DNA of 64,000 nucleotides from NCBI GenBank assembly GCA_963802105.1, contig CAWDHJ010000002.1:1309503-1373502 (forward strand). The letters run 5' to 3'. The notes under the pieces are model-generated. The model searched no databases. It saw only the letters and a list, made by a program, of their open reading frames with translations, and was not told the DNA's origin. Source of the DNA: an uncultured Solirubrobacteraceae bacterium (lineage in GTDB: Bacteria; Actinomycetota; Thermoleophilia; Solirubrobacterales; Solirubrobacteraceae). Positions 56,443 through 64,000 of the stretch are shown here, piece by piece (the stretch's first letter is position 1; each line of letters begins with the position of its first letter). A program made the translations under genes and the position numbers.

Positions 56443-57501
56443 TCAGAAGCTGTGTGCCGCAGCCGCAGCATGCCGCTCGACCCCCAGCCGACACAACCGG
56501 TCGACGAGCTCCGGGTACGCCACCCCCGACGCCTCCATCAGCTTCGCGTAGACGCTCGTCGGCGTGAAACCCGGCATCGTGTTGAGCTCGTTCAGCAGCA
56601 CGTCCTCGCCGTCGACGAAGAAGTCGACGCGCGCGAGCCCCTCGCAGCCGCTGAGCGCGAACGCCTCGTTCGCGAGCTCGCGAACGCGCGCCGTCGCGCG
56701 CTCGGAGACGCGCGCCGGGATCAGCAGCTCCATCCCGCCCTGCTCGTACTTCGCCTCGAAGTCGTAGAACTCGCTGTCGAAGCTGATCTCGCCGGCGAGC
56801 GACACCTCGATCCGCCGGGTCGCCGACGAGCCGATCACGGCGCACTCGACCTCCGCGCCGCGCGCGGCCGCCTCGACGATCACGCGCGCGTCGTAGGAGA
56901 ATGCCGCGCGCAGCGCTTCGCGCAAGGCGTCGGCGTCGCTCACCTTGACGATGCCGACCGACGAGCCGAGGTGCGCCGGCTTGACGAACACCGGCAGCTC
57001 CAGCGCGCCGACCTCGCGCAGCACCTCCTGCGGCTGCTCGGCGAAGCGCGCCTCGCTCACACCGACGTACGCGACCTGCGGCACCGTGCCCGCCGCCGCC
57101 ATCAGCTCCTTGAACAGCACCTTGTCGATGCACACCGCCGACGCCGCGACGCCGGCGCCGACGTAGGCGACGTCGAGCATCTCGAGCAGCCCCTGGACCG
57201 TGCCGTCCTCGCCGAAACGCCCGTGCAGCACCGGGAAGACGACGTCCGCGCCGAGCAGCCCGCCCCCCGGCGTCAGCTGCAGCGGCTCGCCCTCGCCGTC
57301 GAGCCGCCACGTGCCGTCGCGTTCGATCTGCACCCAGACGACGGCGTGGCCGGCCGCGAGCAGGCCGTCGCGCACGCCCGCGCCCGACGCGAGCGAGACG
57401 TCGTGCTCGGACGAGCGCCCGCCGACGAGCAGCGCGACCTTCAGGCGCCGCGACGCCGCCGGCGCCGGCGTGCGCGCATCCGTGCCCGACGCCGCCGTCA
57501 A
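56443..57501 (-). CDS. ddl: D-alanine--D-alanine ligase
   Basis: GGRSSEHDVS, LHGRFGEDG, KPAHLGSSVG, FYDFEAKY, NELNTMPG; TTG overlaps pknB stop. Confidence 0.94.
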   Translation of the reverse strand: MTAASGTDARTPAPAASRRLKVALLVGGRSSEHDVSLASGAGVRDGLLAAGHAVVWVQIERDGTWRLDGEGEPLQLTPGGGLLGADVVFPVLHGRFGEDGTVQGLLEMLDVAYVGAGVAASAVCIDKVLFKELMAAAGTVPQVAYVGVSEARFAEQPQEVLREVGALELPVFVKPAHLGSSVGIVKVSDADALREALRAAFSYDARVIVEAAARGAEVECAVIGSSATRRIEVSLAGEISFDSEFYDFEAKYEQGGMELLIPARVSERATARVRELANEAFALSGCEGLARVDFFVDGEDVLLNELNTMPGFTPTSVYAKLMEASGVAYPELVDRLCRLGVERHAAAAAHSF

Positions 57502-59513
57502 CCCGCCGGCGCTCCCGCCGCCGGCGGCGTCGACGTCGTGCCCGTCGTCGTAGTCGTCGGCGTCGTCGGCGTCGTCGTAGTCGGCGTCGTCGGCGTTTCC
57601 GCGCTCTTCGCGCCGACCGTCAGCGTCACCGTCGAGCCCTTGCGCGCCTTCTTGCCGTCCGTCGGGCTCTGTTTGAGCACGACGCCGACCTTCGCTTCTT
57701 CGCTCGTCGGCGCCGTCACGACCGTCGGCTGGAAGCCGGCGCCGCCGAGCGTCGCCGCCGCCTGCGTCTCGCTCTCGCCGACGACTTTCGGCACGAGCAC
57801 TTCGTTCGACGCCTTCGCGATCGTCAGGTTCACCTGCGTGCCCGTGCGCACCGACGAGCCGGCCGTCGGCGACTGCGCGATGACGCTGCCCGCGCTCGAC
57901 GTCGATTCCTGCTGCGCGACCGTCCCGGCCGCGAGCCCGACGGCCGTCAGCGCCGCTTCGGCACCGCTCTGCGAGTCGCCCGAGACGTCCGGCACGCGCA
58001 CTTGCGCCGGACCGCTCGAGACGAGCACGGCGACCGGGCTGCCGACCTGCAGCTCGGTCCCCGCCGGCGGTTCGGTGCCGATCACCTTGCCCTGCGCGAC
58101 CTTCGCGCTCGGCTGTTCCTTGCGCGACGGCTTGAAGCCCGCCGCGCGCAGCTTGTTGATCGCCTGCGCCGCCGTCAGCCCTTCGTAGCTGCCGAGCGCG
58201 ATGCTCCCCGGCCCGCTCGATACGGCGATCGTCACGCGCGCGCCTTTCGTCACGCGCGCGCCAGCCGACGGCGACTGGTCGATCACGCGGCCGCTCGCGA
58301 CGCTCGCGCTCGTCGTCGGCGCCGGCGCCGGTTCGAGGCCCGCCGAGCGCAGCTTCGCCGACGCCGCCGCTTCGGTCTGGCCGGCGACCGACGGCACCGT
58401 CACCTTCGCCGCCGCCGAGCTCAGCAGCAGCACGGCCGCGACGATCGCGCCGACGACGAGCGCCGCGAGCAGCCCCCACAGCACGACGCGCTCTGCGCTC
58501 GGTCCGTCGTCGGGCTCCTCGCGCTGCTCTTCGTAGACCTCCGCCGCCGGCAGCAGCAGCGCGCCGGTCGGATGCGCGCCCTCGCCGTGGCCGGCGTGCG
58601 CGCGCTGCGCCGCCGCGCCCGCGCCCGCCCAGCCCTCGCCGGCGGCGGCCGCGCCGAGCACGGCCGTGCCCGCCGTCGCCGCCGACGCCGGCAGCGTCTC
58701 GCGCTCGCGCTGCAGCGCCGCGATGAACTCGTCGGCATCGGCGTAGCGCTGCGCCGGGTCCTTCGCGAGCGCGCGCAGCACGACCGCGTCGAGCCCCGGC
58801 GGCACCGACGGGTTGACCTCGCTCGGCGGGCGCGCCTGCGCCGAGACCTGCTTGAACGCGATCGCGACCGCCGTCTCGCCGTCGAACGGCACGACGCCCG
58901 TCAGCAGCTCGTAGAGGATCACGCCGATCGAGTACAGGTCCGAGGAGCCGCTGACGACGTGACCCTGCGCCTGCTCCGGAGAGAGGTACTGCGCCGTGCC
59001 CATGATCGAGCCCGTCAGCGTCATGTCCGACGCACCGGCGCGCGCGATGCCGAAGTCCGTCACGCGAGCGCGCCCCTCCTCGTCGATGATCACGTTGTGC
59101 GGCTTCAGGTCGCGGTGCACGACGCCGCGCCGGTGCGCGAAGCGCGCCGCACGCAGGATCTGGATGACGATGTCGATCGCCTGCGCCGGCTCGAGCGGTC
59201 CCTGCTCGCGCACGATCGTCTTCAGCGAGCGGCCGGCGACGTACTCCATCGCGATGTAGTAAGTGCCCTCCCACTCGCCGCGGTCGAAGATGCCGACGAT
59301 GTTCTGGTGCGAGAGCCCCGCCGCGCTCGACGCCTCGCGCTTGAAGCGCTCGACGAACTCCTGGTCCTCGGCGAAGTGAGGATGCAGCAGCTTGACCGCG
59401 ACCTGACGCCCGAGCAGCTGGTCCTCGGCCAGGTAGACGTCGGCCATCCCGCCCGAGCCGACGCGCGAGATCACCCTGTAGCGACCGTCGATCACCGTGT
59501 CCGACTCAACCAT
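57498..59513 (-). CDS. pknB: PASTA-domain Ser/Thr kinase
   Basis: GSGGMADV, HRDLKPHN, DFG, TM, four PASTA repeats, Thr-rich tail; GAGGGGAGG RBS. Confidence 0.94.
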   Translation of the reverse strand: MVESDTVIDGRYRVISRVGSGGMADVYLAEDQLLGRQVAVKLLHPHFAEDQEFVERFKREASSAAGLSHQNIVGIFDRGEWEGTYYIAMEYVAGRSLKTIVREQGPLEPAQAIDIVIQILRAARFAHRRGVVHRDLKPHNVIIDEEGRARVTDFGIARAGASDMTLTGSIMGTAQYLSPEQAQGHVVSGSSDLYSIGVILYELLTGVVPFDGETAVAIAFKQVSAQARPPSEVNPSVPPGLDAVVLRALAKDPAQRYADADEFIAALQRERETLPASAATAGTAVLGAAAAGEGWAGAGAAAQRAHAGHGEGAHPTGALLLPAAEVYEEQREEPDDGPSAERVVLWGLLAALVVGAIVAAVLLLSSAAAKVTVPSVAGQTEAAASAKLRSAGLEPAPAPTTSASVASGRVIDQSPSAGARVTKGARVTIAVSSGPGSIALGSYEGLTAAQAINKLRAAGFKPSRKEQPSAKVAQGKVIGTEPPAGTELQVGSPVAVLVSSGPAQVRVPDVSGDSQSGAEAALTAVGLAAGTVAQQESTSSAGSVIAQSPTAGSSVRTGTQVNLTIAKASNEVLVPKVVGESETQAAATLGGAGFQPTVVTAPTSEEAKVGVVLKQSPTDGKKARKGSTVTLTVGAKSAETPTTPTTTTPTTPTTTTTGTTSTPPAAGAPAG

Positions 59514-59545
59514 CGCCGCCCCTCCCCTCGTCCATGCGTCGCCGG

Positions 59546-60997
59546 CTAAGCATGCAGCAGCCTTTCGAGCACCTGCCGCGCGATCGGCGCCGCGAACGCC
59601 GCGCCCTGCCCCGGCACGCCCTTCAACGTCACCGCGATCGCCACGCGCGGCGCCGACGCCGGCGCGAACGCGATGAACCACACGTTGTTGATCGCCGTGC
59701 CGATCTGCGTCTCCGCCGTGCCCGTCTTGCCCGCCACCTGGACGCCCGGGATCTGCGCCGAGGTGCCCGTCCCTTCGTTGACGACCGCTTCCATCATCGC
59801 CCGCACCGCCGACGCCGTCGACGGCTTCATCACGACCGACTGCACATGCGGCGCGACCCGTTCGAGCGTGCGTCCTTCGGCGTCGACGATCCGCGACGTC
59901 ATGTGCGGCTGCATCAGCCGCCCGCCGTTCGCGACCGCCGCCGCGACCTCCGCCATCTGCAGCGGCGTCACCTCGAGTTTGTCCTGTCCGATCCCCATGC
60001 GCCCGACGTCGACTCGCGCGCTCGTCGGCGCGAGGAGCCGCGCGCCGCTGTACTCGCCGCTCGCCGACATCTCTTCCGCCGGATAGTCGAGCTTCGGCTT
60101 CGTGTCGAAGCCGAAGCGGCGCATGTAGCGCGCGATCGTCTGCTTGCCGACGTGCTCGGCGACCTGCGCCCAGACCGTGTTGACCGATTTCGCGAGCGCC
60201 TGCGTCAGCGTGATCTGCCCGAAGCTCTCGTCGTCGTCGTTCGACAGCGGCACGCCCGAGATCGGCACGCCGTTGCGTCCGTCGACCGTCGATTCGCGCG
60301 TGTACTGCCCGGTGTCGAGCGCCGCCGTCGCCGTCACGATCTTGAACGTCGACCCCGGCGCGTAGCCGAACTGCGTCGCGCGGTCGACGAGCGGCTTGCC
60401 CGTCGAGTCCTTCGCGAGCCGTTCGTAGCTGCGCGTCGAGCGCAGCGCGTTCGGGTCATACGACGGCGACGAGGCCATCACCTCGACCGCGCCCGTGCGC
60501 GGGTCGAGCGCGACGACCGCGCCTTCGTGGCCCGACAGCGCCGAGTTCGCGACCTGCTGCGCGGCCGGGTCGAGCGTCGTGTAGACGGCGTCGCCCTGGC
60601 GCTTCTTGCCCTGCAACTGGTCGAGGATGCTCTGGAGATTCGTGCCCGTCTGACCGTTCAGCGTCGAGTTGCGGAAGCGCTCGAGCCCCGTCCGGCCGAG
60701 ATCGATGTAGTAATAGCCGATCGCGTGCGCGAACTCTTCGCCGGTCGGATAGCGCCGTTCGTAGATCGCTTCCGAGCCGCGCGATTCGGCGCTGCGCACG
60801 CTGCGCGCGAGCGTCGCGCCGTTCGCCGCGAGGATCGGCCCGCGCGCGATCCGCTGCTGCTCGAGCAGCGCGCGCGCGTTCAGCGGGTTCTCGCGCAGCG
60901 ACGACGCTTCGAAGACCGTCCAGCGCGAGGTGAACGCGAGCAGCAGCGCGAACATCACGATCACGAGGCCGAACAGGCGCACGATCGGCCGATTCAT
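59546..60997 (-). CDS. pbpA: Class B penicillin-binding protein
   Basis: STFK, SVN, KTG motifs; N-terminal TM. Confidence 0.92.
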   Translation of the reverse strand: MNRPIVRLFGLVIVMFALLLAFTSRWTVFEASSLRENPLNARALLEQQRIARGPILAANGATLARSVRSAESRGSEAIYERRYPTGEEFAHAIGYYYIDLGRTGLERFRNSTLNGQTGTNLQSILDQLQGKKRQGDAVYTTLDPAAQQVANSALSGHEGAVVALDPRTGAVEVMASSPSYDPNALRSTRSYERLAKDSTGKPLVDRATQFGYAPGSTFKIVTATAALDTGQYTRESTVDGRNGVPISGVPLSNDDDESFGQITLTQALAKSVNTVWAQVAEHVGKQTIARYMRRFGFDTKPKLDYPAEEMSASGEYSGARLLAPTSARVDVGRMGIGQDKLEVTPLQMAEVAAAVANGGRLMQPHMTSRIVDAEGRTLERVAPHVQSVVMKPSTASAVRAMMEAVVNEGTGTSAQIPGVQVAGKTGTAETQIGTAINNVWFIAFAPASAPRVAIAVTLKGVPGQGAAFAAPIARQVLERLLHA

Positions 60998-62250
60998 TCG
61001 AGCTGCCCCAGTTCGAGGCTGTGCAGCAGCGAGCCCGCGTCGCTTTCCGAGCGCAGCGAGTGGTCGAGCAGCGTGTGGCGCTCGTGCGCGCTCAGCGTCG
61101 ACGCGCCGACGCCCGTCACGTAGTCCGGCGAGTACAGCGCGAGGCCGCCTGGCAGCTTGTACGGCACGCCGCGAAACATCGTCACCAGTCCGCGTTCGTT
61201 CGTGCCGATGAAGTAGACCTCCTGCAGCGCCACGTAAGCCGCGCCGCCGATCACGCCGAGGATCGCCAGCACGACGAGCAGGCCGCCGACGCGGCGCAGG
61301 CGCAGGCGCCGCCTGCGCGGCGCGCGCTTGGCCACCGGCTGGCGCGGGCGGCGCGGCACGACAGCGCGCGCCTCGTCGGGCGCCTGGCGCGCGGTCGTCG
61401 CGCGCTCCGTCGCCGTCGCCGCCCCGGTCGTCGTCCTCCTCTCATCATCGAAAGACGAGTCGCCGGCCTCTCGCGTGCCCGTCACAGGCGCCGTCACCGC
61501 CGGCGCCTCCTCGGTCAGCGGCGTCGCGCTCGTGTCGAGCTCCTCGACGCGCAGCAGCACGACCGTGATGTTGTCGCGCCCGCCGGCCTCGTTCGCCGCC
61601 GCGATCAGTCCCTCGCCGGCGTCGCGCAGCGTCGCGTGCTCGCGCAGCACCGTCGCGACCTGATCCTCCGAGAGCATCGTCGTCAGGCCGTCGCTGCACA
61701 GCAGATACACGTCGCCGTCGTGTGCCGAGTACGAGCGCGTGTCGACCTCGACGACGCCCTCCGGCCCGAGCGCGCGCGTGATCACCGAGCGCTGCGGGTG
61801 CTCGAGCGCTTCCTCCGGCGTCAGCCGCCCCTGGCGGATCAGCTCGTCGACGAGCGAGTGGTCGTCGGTCAGCTTCTCGAGCGCGCCGTCGCGCAGCCGG
61901 TAGGCGCGGCTGTCGCCGACGTGCGCGATCGAGACCTCGCGCTCGCCGACGTACACCGCCGTCAGCGTCGTGCCCATCCCCGCCTGCTCGGCGTGGCTGT
62001 GCGAGAGCTCGTAGATCCGCGCGTTCGCCTGCTGCGCGAGCGTCGCGAGCGCCGACTCCGGCTCGACCGGGTCGCCGACGCCCGGCTCGAACGCTTCGAC
62101 GGCGATCCGCGAGGCGACCTCGCCCGCCTGCGCGCCGCCCATCCCGTCGGCGACGACGAATAGCGGCGCGCGCGCGAGCATCGAGTCCTCGTTCGCGCGG
62201 CGCTGGCGACCCGTGTCGCTCGCGGCGTACTGCTCGGCGACGCGCAGCAC
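60994..62250 (-). CDS. pstP: PP2C Ser/Thr phosphatase with TM and extracellular tail
   Basis: RRANED, VADGMGG, HVGDSR, CSDGL, GGRDN. Confidence 0.93.
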   Translation of the reverse strand: MLRVAEQYAASDTGRQRRANEDSMLARAPLFVVADGMGGAQAGEVASRIAVEAFEPGVGDPVEPESALATLAQQANARIYELSHSHAEQAGMGTTLTAVYVGEREVSIAHVGDSRAYRLRDGALEKLTDDHSLVDELIRQGRLTPEEALEHPQRSVITRALGPEGVVEVDTRSYSAHDGDVYLLCSDGLTTMLSEDQVATVLREHATLRDAGEGLIAAANEAGGRDNITVVLLRVEELDTSATPLTEEAPAVTAPVTGTREAGDSSFDDERRTTTGAATATERATTARQAPDEARAVVPRRPRQPVAKRAPRRRRLRLRRVGGLLVVLAILGVIGGAAYVALQEVYFIGTNERGLVTMFRGVPYKLPGGLALYSPDYVTGVGASTLSAHERHTLLDHSLRSESDAGSLLHSLELGQLE

Positions 62251-62252
62251 CG

Positions 62253-62765
62253 TCAGCCGACCTCGAACGTGAATTCGCTGTCGCCGATCCGCACGCGGTC
62301 GCCCGGGTGCAGCGGACGCGGCCCCTGCAGCACCTCCTCGTTGAGGTACGTCCCGTTCGTCGAGCCGAGGTCCTCGATCGCGACCGTCCCCGCCTGCTCG
62401 TAGATGCGCGCGTGGCGCGAGGACGCGAACGGGTCCTCGAGGCGGATCTCCGCGCGCTCGCCGCGGCCGAGCACGAGGTCGCCGTCGATGTCGTAGATCA
62501 TCCCCGCCTCGTGCCCCGGCGCGCGCTCGACGACGAGCTGCGGCGAGCTGTGCGCGACGTCCGCGCGCGGCGAGCTCGCCGAGTACATGCCCGTCGCGTC
62601 CGGCGCGATCGGCGCCGCCTGCGCGCCGCCGCGCTCGGCGAGCAGCGTCGCATCGCCGCCGCGCAGGTCGCGCCGTGCGCTGCGCGCGACCCACAGCACG
62701 AACAGGTACAGCACGGCGAGAAAGCCGAACTTCAGCGCGACGGACACGGGCGCGAGCGACGTCAT
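62253..62765 (-). CDS. fhaB: Membrane-anchored FHA protein
   Basis: N-terminal TM, LGR, SSRHA, GSTNGT. Confidence 0.9.
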   Translation of the reverse strand: MTSLAPVSVALKFGFLAVLYLFVLWVARSARRDLRGGDATLLAERGGAQAAPIAPDATGMYSASSPRADVAHSSPQLVVERAPGHEAGMIYDIDGDLVLGRGERAEIRLEDPFASSRHARIYEQAGTVAIEDLGSTNGTYLNEEVLQGPRPLHPGDRVRIGDSEFTFEVG

Positions 62766-63541
62766 CCGAGCTCGAAGTAGATCTCCGACGAGCCGAGCTC
62801 GACGCGGTCGCCATCCTGCAGCGGCTGCGCGCCCGCGACCGCGCGGCCGTTGACGCGCACGCCGTTCGTCGAGCCGAGGTCGGCGACCGTCCAGCCGTCG
62901 CCCGCCGCCGGCCTGATCTCGGCGTGGCGGCGCGAGATGCTCGAGTCCTCGAGCACGATGTCGCATTCGCGGCTGCGCCCGAGCACCGCCCCGCGCGGCG
63001 GGATCGGCAGGCGCCGCCCGTCGACCGTCACGAGCGCGCGCGAGCGCCGGCGTCCCTGCGCCTCCTCGACCTCTCCGCGCACGCGCGCCGAGCTGCTGTA
63101 GATCATCGTCTCGCCGTGCCCGCCCTCCTCGCGCGGCTGCTCCTCGACCGGCGCCGCGCGCGCGCTCGCCGCCGGACGCGCGAGCTGCGCCTGGATCCCG
63201 AATTCGCCGAGCGTCAGGCGCTCGTCGGTGTGGAACGTGACGATCGGGCTCGACGGCAGGATCAGCTCCTCGCGCCGCGCATGCTCGAGCAGGTACGCGC
63301 ACAGCTCGTCGACCACCTCGTGCTCGACGCCGTCGTAGCGCGCGCGGTCCTCCGGCGAGAGCCACACCGAGTACTCGTTCGGCGCGTACGTCCGCGAGAC
63401 CGACATCGTGCGGTGCTCGTCCATCTCGCGCGCGAGCTTGCGCGCGAGTTCCATCGGTCGCACCTCCGAGCGGAACAGACGCCCGAAGGTGCCCTCGACG
63501 AGGTTCGCGATCGTTGTCTCGACGCTCTTCAGCACGTTCAT
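62762..63541 (-). CDS. fhaA: DUF3662 + FHA protein
   Basis: FRSEVRPMELARKL...APNEY; LGR, SRRHA, GSTNG. Confidence 0.92.
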   Translation of the reverse strand: MNVLKSVETTIANLVEGTFGRLFRSEVRPMELARKLAREMDEHRTMSVSRTYAPNEYSVWLSPEDRARYDGVEHEVVDELCAYLLEHARREELILPSSPIVTFHTDERLTLGEFGIQAQLARPAASARAAPVEEQPREEGGHGETMIYSSSARVRGEVEEAQGRRRSRALVTVDGRRLPIPPRGAVLGRSRECDIVLEDSSISRRHAEIRPAAGDGWTVADLGSTNGVRVNGRAVAGAQPLQDGDRVELGSSEIYFELG

Positions 63542-63636
63542 TGGCGGTCGGCCGCACGGCGCCGGCCGGGGCCGGCGCTCGGCGCCCGACGGCGCCGAGC
63601 CCAGAGCGCCTGGGCGAGCCGTGAGGCCATGCTACG

Positions 63637-64000
63637 TCAGACCGCGCCGCGTAGAGCGCGGGCCGCCACCGCGAGCGCTCCGCCGAGCACCGCGCCGACG
63701 ATCAACCCGCGCGGCGCGAGCAGCGCCGCGCCCGACGCGAGGCCGCCGTCGAGCACCGGCGTCGCGGCCGCGATCGCGCCCGTCCACAGCGCCGCCGCGA
63801 TCACGTCGAGCGCCGCGCCGCGCCCGCGCACGAGCAGCGGCAAGAGCGCCGCGCCGAGCGCCCACAGCGCCGCGCCGAGCAGCGTCGCGAGGCTGAACAG
63901 CGGCCAGAGCACGTGCACCGCCGTCCCGTTCAGCGAGCCCTCCCAGACCGAGCGCGCCGGCGTCGCCGCGAGCGGGCCGAGCCACAGGTGGCGTTCGAGC
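63637..64000 (-). CDS. C-terminal part of a multi-pass membrane protein (start outside window)
   Basis: Frame open from window end: LERHLWLGPLAATP...LWALGAALLPLLVRG...RGAV*. Confidence 0.65.
   Translation of the reverse strand, partial: LERHLWLGPLAATPARSVWEGSLNGTAVHVLWPLFSLATLLGAALWALGAALLPLLVRGRGAALDVIAAALWTGAIAAATPVLDGGLASGAALLAPRGLIVGAVLGGALAVAARALRGAV

Noticed and set aside
56740-56775. ddl as a D-Ala-D-Lac (vancomycin-resistance) ligase
   Set aside because: The omega loop FYDFEAKY keeps the Lys-Tyr typical of D-Ala-D-Ala ligases, and no vanH or vanX is nearby.
57540-57600. GTC-rich tandem repeats (also 36480-36690)
   Set aside because: Explained by Thr/Pro-rich protein linkers.

Overview
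Very high-GC actinobacterial chromosome segment. Gene content and the secreted-protein families suggest Thermoleophilia/Solirubrobacterales (inference). Left third: secreted and accessory genes, an ECF sigma module, and two divergent tRNA-Ala genes (CGC, TGC), each with atypical, partly decayed DNA at its 3' end (HNH nuclease, SIR2-like remnant, broken membrane-protein gene). Middle: TetR/MFS, a frameshifted DrrAB-type ABC exporter, LigD phosphoesterase, pdxH, an MprAB-like two-component system with its MacB-type ABC cassette, ndh and assorted hydrolases. Right 28 kb: a cell-envelope block. It holds a Wzx/Wzy-type glycan locus that embeds a translationally coupled phosphosulfolactate synthase (comA, apparently ATA-initiated), hicAB and an HD-GYP gene. 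This is followed by dedA-uppP-kinase between two copies of a structured repeat, and by fhaA-fhaB-pstP-pbpA-pknB-ddl lacking rodA. Best candidate for an undescribed system: a sulfolactate-decorated surface glycan, with a kinase and a kinase-less Zn-ribbon protein that share one extracellular discoidin-like domain and bracket the locus. No database searches were run; product calls rest on motifs read from the translations.
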